Part shown: positions 39,742-49,460 of the stretch, in pieces
Position numbering within the stretch: the stretch's first letter is position 1
Layout of the letters: each line of letters starts with the position of its first letter
Assembly (NCBI GenBank): GCA_016931965.1
Contig: JAFGDT010000086.1
Span: forward strand, 129,142-193,141
Direction: 5' to 3'
Length of the DNA stretch: 64,000 nucleotides
From: a bacterium
GTDB lineage: Bacteria; Zhuqueibacterota; QNDG01; DSAB01
Notes under the pieces: model-generated
Database searches by the model: none
Told to the model about the DNA's origin: nothing
The model's input: only the letters and a program-made list of their open reading frames with translations
Position numbers and translations under genes: made by a program

Positions 39742-39982
39742 TTTTCAATATCCTTAATTGGATGTAAAAAGGTAAGAGATACAGCAGTGATAATCAAGTT
39801 TTATTTTCCGATCTCCTGGTATATACGATCACACAGCATATCCATCCCGGGTGTGAAATGAATAGGGTATCCGCCTTAAAAAAATGGCGTCATCCTTGAG
39901 CAAAATTAAGGGACGGCTGATCTGAATTCCCGATCGCTCAGGGTATTTTTTTGCGTGTTTTAAGTTGACTACTGCTACCCTT

Positions 39983-40015
39983 CCCCAGATTCTTCACTTT
40001 CGCTCAGAATGACAC
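39983..40015 (-). repeat. 33-bp dispersed hairpin repeat (consensus GTGTCATTCTGAGCGAAGTCGAAGAATCTGGGG), copy 1 of 3
   Basis: ccccagattcttcactttcgctcagaatgacac, intergenic. Other copies are at 57391-57421 and 61547-61577. Confidence 0.55.
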
Positions 40016-40064
40016 CTCTCTGGTGTCAGGATTCTTCAAAACCATGCAGGAATGACAACACAGC

Positions 40065-40412
40065 CAAATTCCAAATAAATCCAAATACAAAATCCAAACT
40101 CAAATAAATACCAATACTACCAAGAAAATCACAAATTCCAATAATACCAAATTCAATTGACAAAAAATCCAAATGCCAAAGACCTTAAGTAAATCAAAAT
40201 GACAATGTAAAATGCAAAAATACTTCTTTTTGATTTTTAATCCTTCTCCTTTTATTTTTTTAACCTTTATCTTTATCCTTTTTATATTGGATTTTTAATA
40301 TGTCATTTTGCATTTTGATGTTAGAATTTTAATATATTGATTATTTTGGATTTGGGTTTTGGGATTTGTTTGGGATTTGGTAGTATTTGGATTTTGGATT
40401 TTTATCGTTTTG
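40065..40412. repeat. Giant AT-rich imperfect palindrome (MITE-like), long copy
   Basis: The left arm ccaaatacaaaatccaaactcaaataaataccaatactaccaagaaaatcacaaattccaataataccaaat is mirrored by the right arm tttggatttgggttttgggatttgtttgggatttggtagtatttggattttggattt. The ~200-bp centre is itself palindromic (tcaaaatgacaatgtaaaatgcaaaa / atgtcattttgcattttgat). Confidence 0.6.
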
Positions 40413-40654
40413 CCTTTTTACCGCGACCGGCCGATACAGATTTTCAAGTGGAGGGCATTTGATTTCCGCCCGCTATCTGCGGAAATTGAGCGAAAGGGAT
40501 AGGAGGCCGGGTAACAATAACCCGGATTCAAATATCTCAAACACCCTTCACGAAGCATGCAAAAAGGCGGGTCCTTTGGCAACTTTCCTTAAAGAAAGTC
40601 GCAGAATATTTTTTATTGATTTCCAGATCGTTCAGGACATTTGTCCCGTCATAA

Positions 40655-40695
40655 ACAATTTCGGCCAGAACGTCCGTTCTGGCCAATCTCATTTT
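40655..40695 (-). terminator. Hairpin GGCCAGAAC-gtcc-GTTCTGGCC adjacent to the tRNA-Pro 3' end
   Basis: Perfect 9-bp stem. TTTTTT follows on the plus strand and an A-run follows on the minus strand, so the direction it serves is ambiguous. Confidence 0.35.
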
Positions 40696-40703
40696 TTACC
40701 TCG

Positions 40704-40779
40704 TCGGGGCGGAGAGATTCGAACTCTCGACCTCCTGCTCCCAAAGCAGGCGCGCTAAGCCGGACTGCGCTACGCCCCG
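40704..40779 (-). tRNA. tRNA-Pro (anticodon TGG)
   Basis: The minus strand reads CGGGGCGTAGCGCAGTCCGGCTTAGCGCGCCTGCTTTGGGAGCAGGAGGTCGAGAGTTCGAATCTCTCCGCCCCGA. It has a 7-bp acceptor stem, a GAGAG-TTCGAAT-CTCTC T-arm and the anticodon loop TTTGGGA. Confidence 0.85.
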
Positions 40780-40815
40780 ATTTTTTGGACTATTAAAATA
40801 ATGGATCGAACTGAA

Positions 40816-41415
40816 TTAATCAAGCACATTTTTCAACCATTCCCCCATCAGGCGAAAAGCCTTCCCCCTGTGGCTGATCGCATTCTTCTCTTCACGGGAC
40901 ATCTCCGCAAATGTCTTCCCCTTTTCTGGAACATAGAAAAGTGGATCATATCCAAATCCCCCCACTCCGCAGTATTCGGAGAGAACGATGCCCTCGCAAA
41001 TACCCTCTACCCATTTCTCCTTTCTGCCATCGGCAAAAACGACTATACACCTGAAACGTGCCGTACGCTTCTCCCGGGGGACATCCTGTAAAAGGCGAAG
41101 TAATTTCTCATTGTTGTCGCGGTAACTCACATTTTCTCCGGCAAAACGGCTCGACCGCACACCTGGATCACCATTAAGCTGATCCACTTCCAGACCCGTA
41201 TCATCCGCAATGGAGGCCGTTTTCGTCCAGCGGTATGCCGCCCGCGCTTTTTTCAACGCATTGTCTAAAAGTGTTTTCCCGTCCTCGGCCACCTCGGCCA
41301 TTTCAGGAAAATCGAGCAAAGAAAGAAATTCCCAGTGACCATTCATCATGATATGGCGGATCTCCTTCACTTTATCCCGATTCCTCGTTGCAAGGACGAG
41401 TTGGTTCAGACCCAT
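40816..41415 (-). CDS. rdgB: Non-canonical purine NTP pyrophosphatase (dITP/XTP), RdgB/HAM1 family
   Basis: LATRNRDKVKEI, FGYDPLF and EKNAISHRGKA motifs. Confidence 0.85.
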   Translation of the reverse strand: MGLNQLVLATRNRDKVKEIRHIMMNGHWEFLSLLDFPEMAEVAEDGKTLLDNALKKARAAYRWTKTASIADDTGLEVDQLNGDPGVRSSRFAGENVSYRDNNEKLLRLLQDVPREKRTARFRCIVVFADGRKEKWVEGICEGIVLSEYCGVGGFGYDPLFYVPEKGKTFAEMSREEKNAISHRGKAFRLMGEWLKNVLD

Positions 41416-41438
41416 TCCCGACTCCCAATGAGAAATGA

Positions 41439-41636
41439 TTATTTTATCGTTTCACGCTCATTGCATTTGCATAATTTAACCAACTTCTCGTTAAATCGCC
41501 AGGCTCCGGTTTTGGTCGATTTTTCCGAGGTGACCAATTTTGCCGATACAATCGATTCTCCACATTTTGGACAGTGTGTCGTAAAATCGTGGGTCGCTTT
41601 CGAAACCTTATCTGCAAATGTTTTTGCTTTTGCCAT
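41439..41636 (-). CDS. Small zinc-ribbon protein (hypothetical)
   Basis: CPKCGE...CKCNE. It lies 42 nt downstream of the GAF membrane protein gene on the same strand. Confidence 0.4.
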   Translation of the reverse strand: MAKAKTFADKVSKATHDFTTHCPKCGESIVSAKLVTSEKSTKTGAWRFNEKLVKLCKCNERETIK

Positions 41637-41678
41637 ACTGTTTCTCCTTCAATGATTGATCAATCCTATCTGTCCTTT

Positions 41679-42950
41679 TTAAACCGTTAAAGAGGGAATA
41701 TCACTTTTACTTAAACCGTCAAATTTTCGCAGAAGCCGGATACGTTCCATATGAATCTGTAACGGAATCACGAGGCTGGAAAGCACTTCTTTGGCTTTTT
41801 CATCATACTGATGGGTGGATCGACTCTCAAGACTGATACACCCCCAGGCGTTCTCTTCACTCCCCAGAGGGATACCCAAAAAAGATCGCAGGCCATGTTT
41901 TGTATCTTCATTGCGGGAATACCGTGATCGCATCATATTGCCCCCTTGTATATCTGCAATAGCCAAAGGCATGTTCCGTTTCAAAATCCAGCCATTCAAT
42001 CCTTCATCCAGAGGAAACCGCATGCCCTGGTTCATATTATCCACCTGACCGAAAACATAATCAATGATGCCCTCATCGCCCTCTTTTAAACAAAAAGTGA
42101 ACCGATCCAGGGGTAGCACTTTCTTGATATGCTGAACAAATCCCCCCAGGGCTTGATGCTCCACATCAATAGATTTTAATTTTCTTTCCAGATCAAGATG
42201 GATTTTATACACCTGTTGGTCCGTCTCCAGTCCCATTCCCCTGTAACAAACAGCCATGATCTGAGTAACCAGCTGTCCACATCGAATCAGAAAATCACAA
42301 TCTTCCTGACTAAAATTACCCGTTGTTTTGCCTCCCACAGCAACCACACCAATAACCTTATCCTCCCAGATCAATGGAACACCAATCAAGGATCGGATTT
42401 CCGAATCCGCAATACCTTCCAAGACCGTGCCGATAGGCAGGTTATCTTCCAAAAAAGCGGTTTTCTGTTTTGCAATCTGCTCGATAATACTGTCTTTCTC
42501 GATGATCCTTCCCCCTGTCGTGCGCTGATATTCATTCTCTCCAACATGAAAGACCAAATGCTCCCGTTGTTGATATAAATACAAACCCACACAGGTACCC
42601 ACCATCATATTTCGAATGATACTCAGTAACTCTTCAATGTAAGTACTCAACACTTTTCCAAACCCTGCCCAATTTTCATCATCTAATAATTCCTTTGATA
42701 CAATTTCCTCAGGAGATTCGCGGTCCCCGCGATCGATTTGCTTAAATGAAAAGGAAGGTCCGTTTGAAACAAACAGAGTGACCATAAGGAAAACAAGAAT
42801 AAAAAGGATTCCCTTGACCAAAATACTCATCCAGTGACTCAATGAAATGGGAACGAAAAATCCAATCGCTACCATCAGAAATAAAAGCAGTAGAAGCCAC
42901 AGTTTTTGATCATTTTGGTTCAAACGTTTCACAAATCTTTTACCATTCAA
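41679..42950 (-). CDS. Membrane-anchored tandem GAF-domain sensor protein
   Basis: Two N-terminal TM helices, then two GAF-like modules. No output domain is present. Confidence 0.6.
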   Translation of the reverse strand: MNGKRFVKRLNQNDQKLWLLLLLFLMVAIGFFVPISLSHWMSILVKGILFILVFLMVTLFVSNGPSFSFKQIDRGDRESPEEIVSKELLDDENWAGFGKVLSTYIEELLSIIRNMMVGTCVGLYLYQQREHLVFHVGENEYQRTTGGRIIEKDSIIEQIAKQKTAFLEDNLPIGTVLEGIADSEIRSLIGVPLIWEDKVIGVVAVGGKTTGNFSQEDCDFLIRCGQLVTQIMAVCYRGMGLETDQQVYKIHLDLERKLKSIDVEHQALGGFVQHIKKVLPLDRFTFCLKEGDEGIIDYVFGQVDNMNQGMRFPLDEGLNGWILKRNMPLAIADIQGGNMMRSRYSRNEDTKHGLRSFLGIPLGSEENAWGCISLESRSTHQYDEKAKEVLSSLVIPLQIHMERIRLLRKFDGLSKSDIPSLTV

Positions 42951-43180
42951 TCACGAATATTTTATCGCCTGATCAGCAATAACCAACTTGCGTGATAACC
43001 AAAGAAATCCTTACTTCAATAATCATAAACATTTTCAATTTAATAAAATTGTCGGGAAAGTCAATAAAAAAAACCTGAGAACCAATACGACGCATCTCAG
43101 GTCCGCCAGCGCTTAAAATGTTATAACATTAGCGATTAATAATTTGAAAAGACGGTTGGAGTAAATCCAAACAGGCGACA

Positions 43181-44158
43181 CTACGGTATTCCGCCTATCT
43201 TGACAAAACGGGACAGTTCATTTCCCCTTTTTCGAATCGTAAATTCAACTTCGCGGCTCGTGGTCATATTTCGCACCATTTTTCTAAGCTCTTGAGCATG
43301 AGGAACAGATTCACCCTCAAAGCCAACAATTGTATCCCCGATACAGATCTCCGCTTTTTGGGCGGGTCCGCCCGGCACCAATCCGACCACTTTTAAAACC
43401 TTTTCGGATTGGCCGTTTTCGACATCAATCACTGAAAGACCAATCCATCCCTTCCCTTCTTTAACATGTTGTAGGACATCGTTGACCACTTCGGTTACCA
43501 GTTCTATGGGCAATGCAACTCCCCAATTCCCCAATTCCAAATCCTGATTTCCTTCTTCAAGAACACGCCCTGCCAAAATACCCACAATGTGTCCTTCACG
43601 ATCAAATACAGGGCTTCCGCCATTCCCGGGAACCACAACCATTCGTAATTGCATCATACCATCCAGCCTCAACCCTTCGTAAGTTCCCAATGTAACGGAA
43701 GGGAAAATACCAAGCGAATTTCCCAGAACGATCAGTTCCGATTCCCTGTCCAATGAAGAAGTCCTTCCAATCGATACGGAATTGAGATTGGATAAATCCA
43801 CTTTTAACAGAGCAATTTTCGTCATTTCATCACAATGAACAATATGAGCCGGACTGCTCCTGCCATCCGGGAAAGTCACAATGATACTGTCACTGTCCTG
43901 GACAATGCTGCTCCGGGTTACAACCCATCCTTCCGGATCGTATACAAAACCCGATCCAATCCGGCAGTATCCCTCTTTCTGCTCTGGGGTATACAACTGG
44001 ATACTCACCACAGAAGATTTCGATCTTTTCAACCACTTGGCGATTTTGTTGCATTCCATGTCGCTGTCCAGAGAAGATTTAAAAAGCGACTGTGTCCATG
44101 CGACACGGCTCACCCCCATCAACAGAAAAAGTTGAAAAATCAATCTTTTCCAGCTCAT
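43181..44158 (-). CDS. HtrA/DegP-like trypsin-fold serine protease with a C-terminal PDZ domain
   Basis: Signal peptide, the GNGGSPVF Ser-active-site motif and a PDZ (GLVPGGPAQKAEICIGDTIV). Confidence 0.8.
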   Translation of the reverse strand: MSWKRLIFQLFLLMGVSRVAWTQSLFKSSLDSDMECNKIAKWLKRSKSSVVSIQLYTPEQKEGYCRIGSGFVYDPEGWVVTRSSIVQDSDSIIVTFPDGRSSPAHIVHCDEMTKIALLKVDLSNLNSVSIGRTSSLDRESELIVLGNSLGIFPSVTLGTYEGLRLDGMMQLRMVVVPGNGGSPVFDREGHIVGILAGRVLEEGNQDLELGNWGVALPIELVTEVVNDVLQHVKEGKGWIGLSVIDVENGQSEKVLKVVGLVPGGPAQKAEICIGDTIVGFEGESVPHAQELRKMVRNMTTSREVEFTIRKRGNELSRFVKIGGIP

Positions 44159-44168
44159 GGCGATTTTC

Positions 44169-44738
44169 CTAAAAACTCACAGGGGTTAAACGATTCTGGA
44201 TATAATCTTGTTCTAAACCACGTAACACGGAGTCTGTTTCTGCTATGAACGTTTCCCCCTCTTCAGAACTCCGGGATATCGAAACAGGACTGCGATAATC
44301 ATCAATCACATATTGAATTTCGCCTTCAAAATCCTCTTGCTCGATAAGGGGCATCTGTGAAACGGTCATCTTATTACTGGATGGTTCAAAAAAGGACGTT
44401 TTTTGATCCAGCATCCAGAATCCCAAACAGATCACCACCACCATTATACCGAAGGCAGGAATCAAGCGTCCTGAAAAAGAAATCGATGGTGAAAAAACGG
44501 CTCTCTTACCGGCCATTTCTCTTCGAATACGCTCTCGAAGCAGAATGTGAAATTCTTCGGACACCTTGACACGACTGAGTTGACTGCATTGAGATCGAAG
44601 ATTACGGATCTGTGCTAAAAAGCGCGTACAGGCAGTGCATGTTTTTAAATGGGATTCCAGCTCTTTCCTTCGAGGGATGTCCAGCTCATTATCGACCAAA
44701 TCGAATATACTTTCTTTAAACCGTTGGCAAGGATTCAT
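44169..44738 (-). CDS. Anti-sigma factor (zf-HC2 type) with a TM helix
   Basis: N-terminal H..C..C zinc-finger (ESHLKTCTACTRF) and a central TM segment. It lies downstream of the ECF sigma gene. Confidence 0.6.
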   Translation of the reverse strand: MNPCQRFKESIFDLVDNELDIPRRKELESHLKTCTACTRFLAQIRNLRSQCSQLSRVKVSEEFHILLRERIRREMAGKRAVFSPSISFSGRLIPAFGIMVVVICLGFWMLDQKTSFFEPSSNKMTVSQMPLIEQEDFEGEIQYVIDDYRSPVSISRSSEEGETFIAETDSVLRGLEQDYIQNRLTPVSF

Positions 44739-44801
44739 AGACGACCCTCCATGCTGAGAATTAAAATAACCTTTTCCTCATATGATGTATCCATATGCAT
44801 T

Positions 44802-45425
44802 TCATTTATCCAAAAGGTGCTGTAGATGCTTTTGTAATCGCAATCTCCCTCTGTTTACCCTCGATTTTACAGTCCCGAGAGGAATATTCAAAATCTGGCT
44901 GATTTCTTCATAAGAAAATTCCTGAATATCTCTTAACACAACAACTTCCTTAAATTTAGCCGGTAAAGCCTCAATCTCCTTCCGTATGGTTTGCTCTTTT
45001 GTCTTTCTTTCTATCGCCTTGTCTGGAGAACTGAAATGATCCGGAAGCTCATAATCTTTATCTTCATATCCCATTTGACTCAGCGAAAGAATACGCCTTC
45101 GCCGACGTCGTCTGAGTTCGGTTTTAGCCAGATTGCTCGCAATGGTGTAAATCCATGTTGAAAATTTTGCGACACTCCGATAGAGATTTTTCTTTTTAAA
45201 AACACGAAGAAAAGTTTCCTGTACAACATCCTCCGCATCAATTCGATTACCCACAAAATGGTAAATGAAGTTAACCAGCGGTTCTTTATATCGATGAACG
45301 ATCTGCTCGAACGCATAAACATCTCCCTGTTGAAAACGATTGATCAACTCCTCATCTGTGGGAGCGTTCTGCGATGCTTTCTTCTGCGTTTCGATTTTCC
45401 TTTTATCTAACAAAGCGAATCCCAA
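44802..45425 (-). CDS. ECF sigma factor (RpoE-like)
   Basis: Region 2 and a region 4 HTH (ISQILNIPLGTVKSRVNRGRLRL). Confidence 0.85.
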   Translation of the reverse strand: MGFALLDKRKIETQKKASQNAPTDEELINRFQQGDVYAFEQIVHRYKEPLVNFIYHFVGNRIDAEDVVQETFLRVFKKKNLYRSVAKFSTWIYTIASNLAKTELRRRRRRRILSLSQMGYEDKDYELPDHFSSPDKAIERKTKEQTIRKEIEALPAKFKEVVVLRDIQEFSYEEISQILNIPLGTVKSRVNRGRLRLQKHLQHLLDK

Positions 45426-45440
45426 AAAGTTCCGACTTTT

Positions 45441-46463
45441 TTACGACCTTTTTACAAAAAACCGCCCTTTATTTCCACGAACCAGATCATGAACCATCAA
45501 TGTCATGACCACATCGGGATTTAAATATCCCGTCTTGATGTAAGTATCGGACTGAAGCAAAACATCAACACCGTATGCCAATTCATCTGCAGTAAAATGA
45601 CGGATCTGATCCGTATATTGTTTTGCAAAAAAGGGAGGCAGACCCAATTTCTTCGTGACACCATCCAGAGACAATCCCCGATCCAGCATGGCGCGCATGC
45701 GCATAAAGAGAAATATCCGTCGACTCAAATCCATGATAATCCCGGGGGGAGATTGTCCCTCATCCATCAATTGGTTTAAAACAATCAGTGCGTGATTCAG
45801 ATCTTTCCTGCCGATGGCATCGGTCAATTCCCAGATGTTGAATTTCCGGGAGAATCCGACCACGGTGATGATATCTTCCAGTTCCAGTCTCTTCTTCCCA
45901 TGTGCAAACGTCAGGATCTTTTCAATTTCATTAAAAAGACACCAAAGTGACGTGCCGACTTGTTGAACCAAAAAGGTGGCCCCTTCAGAGGAAAGGGTTA
46001 CTCCCTTTTCCTGAAGCTGTTTTCTGACCCAATGGACGGCCTGGTTCTCATACAGTTTCTTGCTTTCGCTCCAGTGACTGTGCTTTATGAATGAACTGTA
46101 GAAACGGTTGCGGCGATCGATTTTGTTTGCCGTGCATATAAAACAGGTAGATTCCAAAGGAGACTGAACATAAGTCAGAATACGGTCTTTATCAGAAACC
46201 GACAATCTTTGAACAGATTTTAAAACAACGAGACGCCGATCGGTCATCATCGGAAAAGAAGACGCTGTATTCACAACCGTTTCACCATCGACCTGATCGC
46301 CATCGAATAGATCACAATTAAAATCCTTTGTCGTTGAATCGGTAATGGTTTCAATGATCTTCCTGACCAAGGTATCAATTAAAAAGATTTCCTCCCCAAA
46401 GAAAAAATAAACGGGGGCCAGCTTACCACTTTCAATTTCCTTTATTACCTCATGGTAATCCAA
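45441..46463 (-). CDS. holA: DNA polymerase III delta subunit
   Basis: N-terminal PVYFFFGEE motif, AAA-like lid and delta C-terminal domain; typical 340-aa length. Confidence 0.7.
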   Translation of the reverse strand: MDYHEVIKEIESGKLAPVYFFFGEEIFLIDTLVRKIIETITDSTTKDFNCDLFDGDQVDGETVVNTASSFPMMTDRRLVVLKSVQRLSVSDKDRILTYVQSPLESTCFICTANKIDRRNRFYSSFIKHSHWSESKKLYENQAVHWVRKQLQEKGVTLSSEGATFLVQQVGTSLWCLFNEIEKILTFAHGKKRLELEDIITVVGFSRKFNIWELTDAIGRKDLNHALIVLNQLMDEGQSPPGIIMDLSRRIFLFMRMRAMLDRGLSLDGVTKKLGLPPFFAKQYTDQIRHFTADELAYGVDVLLQSDTYIKTGYLNPDVVMTLMVHDLVRGNKGRFFVKRS

Positions 46464-46466
46464 GAA

Positions 46467-48560
46467 TCACTCCCCTCGCTTTCGATCATTCTTCTGAAAC
46501 CATTTTCGAATCGATAAAGGCACATTGAAAAACAAGTCGAATACCGCATACTCCAACAAAGCCCCCCTTTCTCCAAAAACAGGAATGATATGCACAATCT
46601 GAGTCGCCCATCGCCCCGCCATAAAGCGTGCCAAAAACGGATATTTTGTCACCATCTGAAGGGGAAAACCCAGATACCCGATATAATGCCAAAAAGAAAC
46701 AAGCGCGGCTATCCAGTAATTTTTAATACTTCGGTCTCGGATCATCAGATAGACAACGTATCCTCCTCTGGCCAGTGAACCCGGCGATATCGGTGTAACC
46801 TGAAAAAAAGCGAGTACAGCCGCTGCATAGGCTATCGATTCTGCCCAAGTGTTGCCATAACGGAAAAACGCAAAAAGGGCCATCAAGAGGGAAATGACCT
46901 GTGTAAGCGGCAGTGTGCACACATGAACGGCCAGTGCTTTCAAATAGATCTGTATATAGGGATCTTTGATATGATGTAAAATCATCTGCTTTTCATCATC
47001 GCTCAGCATCCCCTCACGATGGCCTTCTTTGACCATATCCAGCAGCCATTCTTCACGAAAAACGGGATTAAAATAGAGTTTAATAGGATAACCGATGATA
47101 TGTTTGATCCGATTCCATGCGTAACGGGGTTCGGCTAAAAACCGATGCCACTTCGGAGGCAGCCAGCCGAATAGAATATCCTGGATCCAGAAACGAAGCG
47201 GACATTTTAAGAGATTATATATTCTCTTCGAACACGCCCGATCGCTTCTCTGCCACTCCAGTAGTATACCTGCTTGTTTTACTTTGAGATACCGATACAA
47301 ATATTTCCGATGAAATAGACAGGATTTCACATGGGAAACATAACGTCTGTTGCCGACAAGACGCAGTAAAAACTTGCCAATCAGGGGGATCACACTGACA
47401 AGACCCGCAAATCCGAAACGAAGGGGTGAAGCGGTGATTCTTTGACGACAAGCATCATCAATGAGCTCCTGTCGATACAGGCCTTCCACTGTTCCTGCAA
47501 TCACACGGCGCCCCAAAATCGAATCGGTTAGTATTCGAATGCCATGATGGGTGATATCCGGCAGTGATGATCGATAAATCTCCTCAACGTTCCGGAGTTC
47601 TTGAAATACGGGAAACAAATCTTTAAATTGCGTCCGATGGCGACGTATATACTTCTCCAATCGTCTCAAATCCCCTCGATCAAACTGAACCACGCTACCC
47701 CTTGCCATCCCCGCCAGGATCAGTCTGAAATCGGCTGGACTCATCGGTAAAAAGGGAAGGAGAACCAGACCGGCTCGAAAATCGATGGCTGTGAGACCAT
47801 CTGACGAAGCCTGATTCACACCCAATCGTTTCAGCACATTGGGTTGACTCTTTGCCGTCCACCATTCGTACTGTCTGGCAAACTCGTGGGCCCCCATTTC
47901 ATGACAGAGCTGAACCGTGCGGTTCATGAAAAGCCGTTTATTCCAATACTCGGAGGGTTTCGATCCATTTCCCCCGCGTTGAAATACACAGTCATCAATT
48001 TCAAATTTCCAGTTTCGCCCGTCGATCCATTCGTTGATTTCGCCCCAGCTTTGAAGGCAGGTATCATAAAACGTGCCATAGGTGTCGACAGCAACCCTCT
48101 CCGATCCGAATGTCACAAGCATGCCTCTCCGGATGAGTTTTTGCCAGAGTGTTCCGGAACGGGCGGCAGCCGCATACAGTTGAGGAGCGAAAGGCGCCTG
48201 AAATGCAATAAAATAAAGCAGATTACGAAACCAGAGGGCAAAAGATGAAGGTGGTCTGCCAATTTTGACTGCGTAGACTTCTCCTTTCCTCAAACCATTA
48301 ATCTTAGCATGAACTGGCTGAATATCCTGAAGTTGGACGCGATAAACCTGCCCCGCAAATCCGCCGCCTATGAATCGGTCAACTTTGAGCCGTACCTTTG
48401 CTTTGTTAGAGGGACAGACACCCTTCACAACCGTTTCAATGACGTCATCCTGATCGTAGTGCTTGAGATGGTAACGCCACAGCAGATCGGAATCATCCAT
48501 GTATTGGATCAACTTTTCCCGCACATGATAAAATTCGGGAGAGTCCATAAAAAATAACAT
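46467..48560 (-). CDS. Hypothetical 697-aa protein: protein-kinase-like N-lobe fused to a C-terminal polytopic membrane domain
   Basis: A Gly-loop FIGGGFAGQVYRV is followed by VYAVKIG (a VAVK-like Lys) and an IDFRAG (DFG-like) segment. The C-terminal ~200 aa have at least 5 TM helices. The gene is 3 nt upstream of holA. Confidence 0.4.
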   Translation of the reverse strand: MLFFMDSPEFYHVREKLIQYMDDSDLLWRYHLKHYDQDDVIETVVKGVCPSNKAKVRLKVDRFIGGGFAGQVYRVQLQDIQPVHAKINGLRKGEVYAVKIGRPPSSFALWFRNLLYFIAFQAPFAPQLYAAAARSGTLWQKLIRRGMLVTFGSERVAVDTYGTFYDTCLQSWGEINEWIDGRNWKFEIDDCVFQRGGNGSKPSEYWNKRLFMNRTVQLCHEMGAHEFARQYEWWTAKSQPNVLKRLGVNQASSDGLTAIDFRAGLVLLPFLPMSPADFRLILAGMARGSVVQFDRGDLRRLEKYIRRHRTQFKDLFPVFQELRNVEEIYRSSLPDITHHGIRILTDSILGRRVIAGTVEGLYRQELIDDACRQRITASPLRFGFAGLVSVIPLIGKFLLRLVGNRRYVSHVKSCLFHRKYLYRYLKVKQAGILLEWQRSDRACSKRIYNLLKCPLRFWIQDILFGWLPPKWHRFLAEPRYAWNRIKHIIGYPIKLYFNPVFREEWLLDMVKEGHREGMLSDDEKQMILHHIKDPYIQIYLKALAVHVCTLPLTQVISLLMALFAFFRYGNTWAESIAYAAAVLAFFQVTPISPGSLARGGYVVYLMIRDRSIKNYWIAALVSFWHYIGYLGFPLQMVTKYPFLARFMAGRWATQIVHIIPVFGERGALLEYAVFDLFFNVPLSIRKWFQKNDRKRGE

Positions 48561-48797
48561 GCACCTACAATCTATTTTATCTAATCAAATTTAAGTGTAA
48601 AATAATATATGTTTTTCAGGATTGATATGCAAGGAGAAATAGTCCATGGGCTCTAACTCAGAGAGCCAGAGCCCATTTTTTTATTCAATTTGATTGAGAT
48701 AACAAAATCAATTGAGGAATCATCACTCACTTTGTTATACCGGTATGGAAAAACGACACGGATAGTTAAACAGATTCAATCGGCTTTAAGTCTTTCC

Positions 48798-49460
48798 TTA
48801 CCTGCATCCAAAAAACCACCGTACGGTAATCATGACTTTGGTATACAAAACTGAGGTGGATTGTTTATAATCACTTTCATGATCCTCACCATTGCTTTCT
48901 TTCCACTCACCCAGCTTCATATAGTTGAACTGAACCTCCCCGCCAAGGCTGAGGTTGTTGGTGAAAAAATATTCTCCACCCACGGCAGGACCGTAGATCC
49001 AGTTGGTTTGATTTGCTTTGGATTCGGTCGTTTCGGTCGTGCTATCGTATGTGTAGGTTGACTTGTAATACTGTGAATTCTTCTGCATGCCGATTCTTCC
49101 GCCGTAATAGATATCGACCGGACCGCACCATGTGGTGATAAACACACCGACTCCCAGATCCATGATAGAATACTTTTCCTTATATGTAGAAGCATTCTCT
49201 GAGGAATATGAGTATCGCCAGTAGCCAAAATAGGGCTCAAGACGAAAACCAGGACTCACCTGGATGGGTACATAAATGTTCGGAAAATCAACCATTTTCA
49301 ATATAACATCTTCGCCAATCGGCATCACTTCCTTTCCGATAGCCACACCCAATCCGATTCTCATCTGATCCATTCCAGCTGCCGATTGTGCATAAACCAG
49401 ATTGGAAAGAGAGAAAAGCACAAAAATGCAAATGAACAACCATGCTGTCTTTTTCATCAT
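48798..49460 (-). CDS. Putative outer-membrane beta-barrel protein
   Basis: Signal peptide (ending YAQS), alternating amphipathic beta-strands and Tyr/Gly-rich turns. Confidence 0.45.
   Translation of the reverse strand: MMKKTAWLFICIFVLFSLSNLVYAQSAAGMDQMRIGLGVAIGKEVMPIGEDVILKMVDFPNIYVPIQVSPGFRLEPYFGYWRYSYSSENASTYKEKYSIMDLGVGVFITTWCGPVDIYYGGRIGMQKNSQYYKSTYTYDSTTETTESKANQTNWIYGPAVGGEYFFTNNLSLGGEVQFNYMKLGEWKESNGEDHESDYKQSTSVLYTKVMITVRWFFGCR

Noticed and set aside
40387-40758. 123-aa plus-strand ORF
   Set aside because: It spans the palindromic AT-rich repeat and overlaps tRNA-Pro on the opposite strand, with no RBS or domain.
48622-48650. Sigma-54 (-24/-12) promoter in the shared upstream motif (TGGAC...TTGCA)
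   Set aside because: The GG-to-GC spacing is 14 nt rather than the required 11, so the motif is not assigned to any promoter class.
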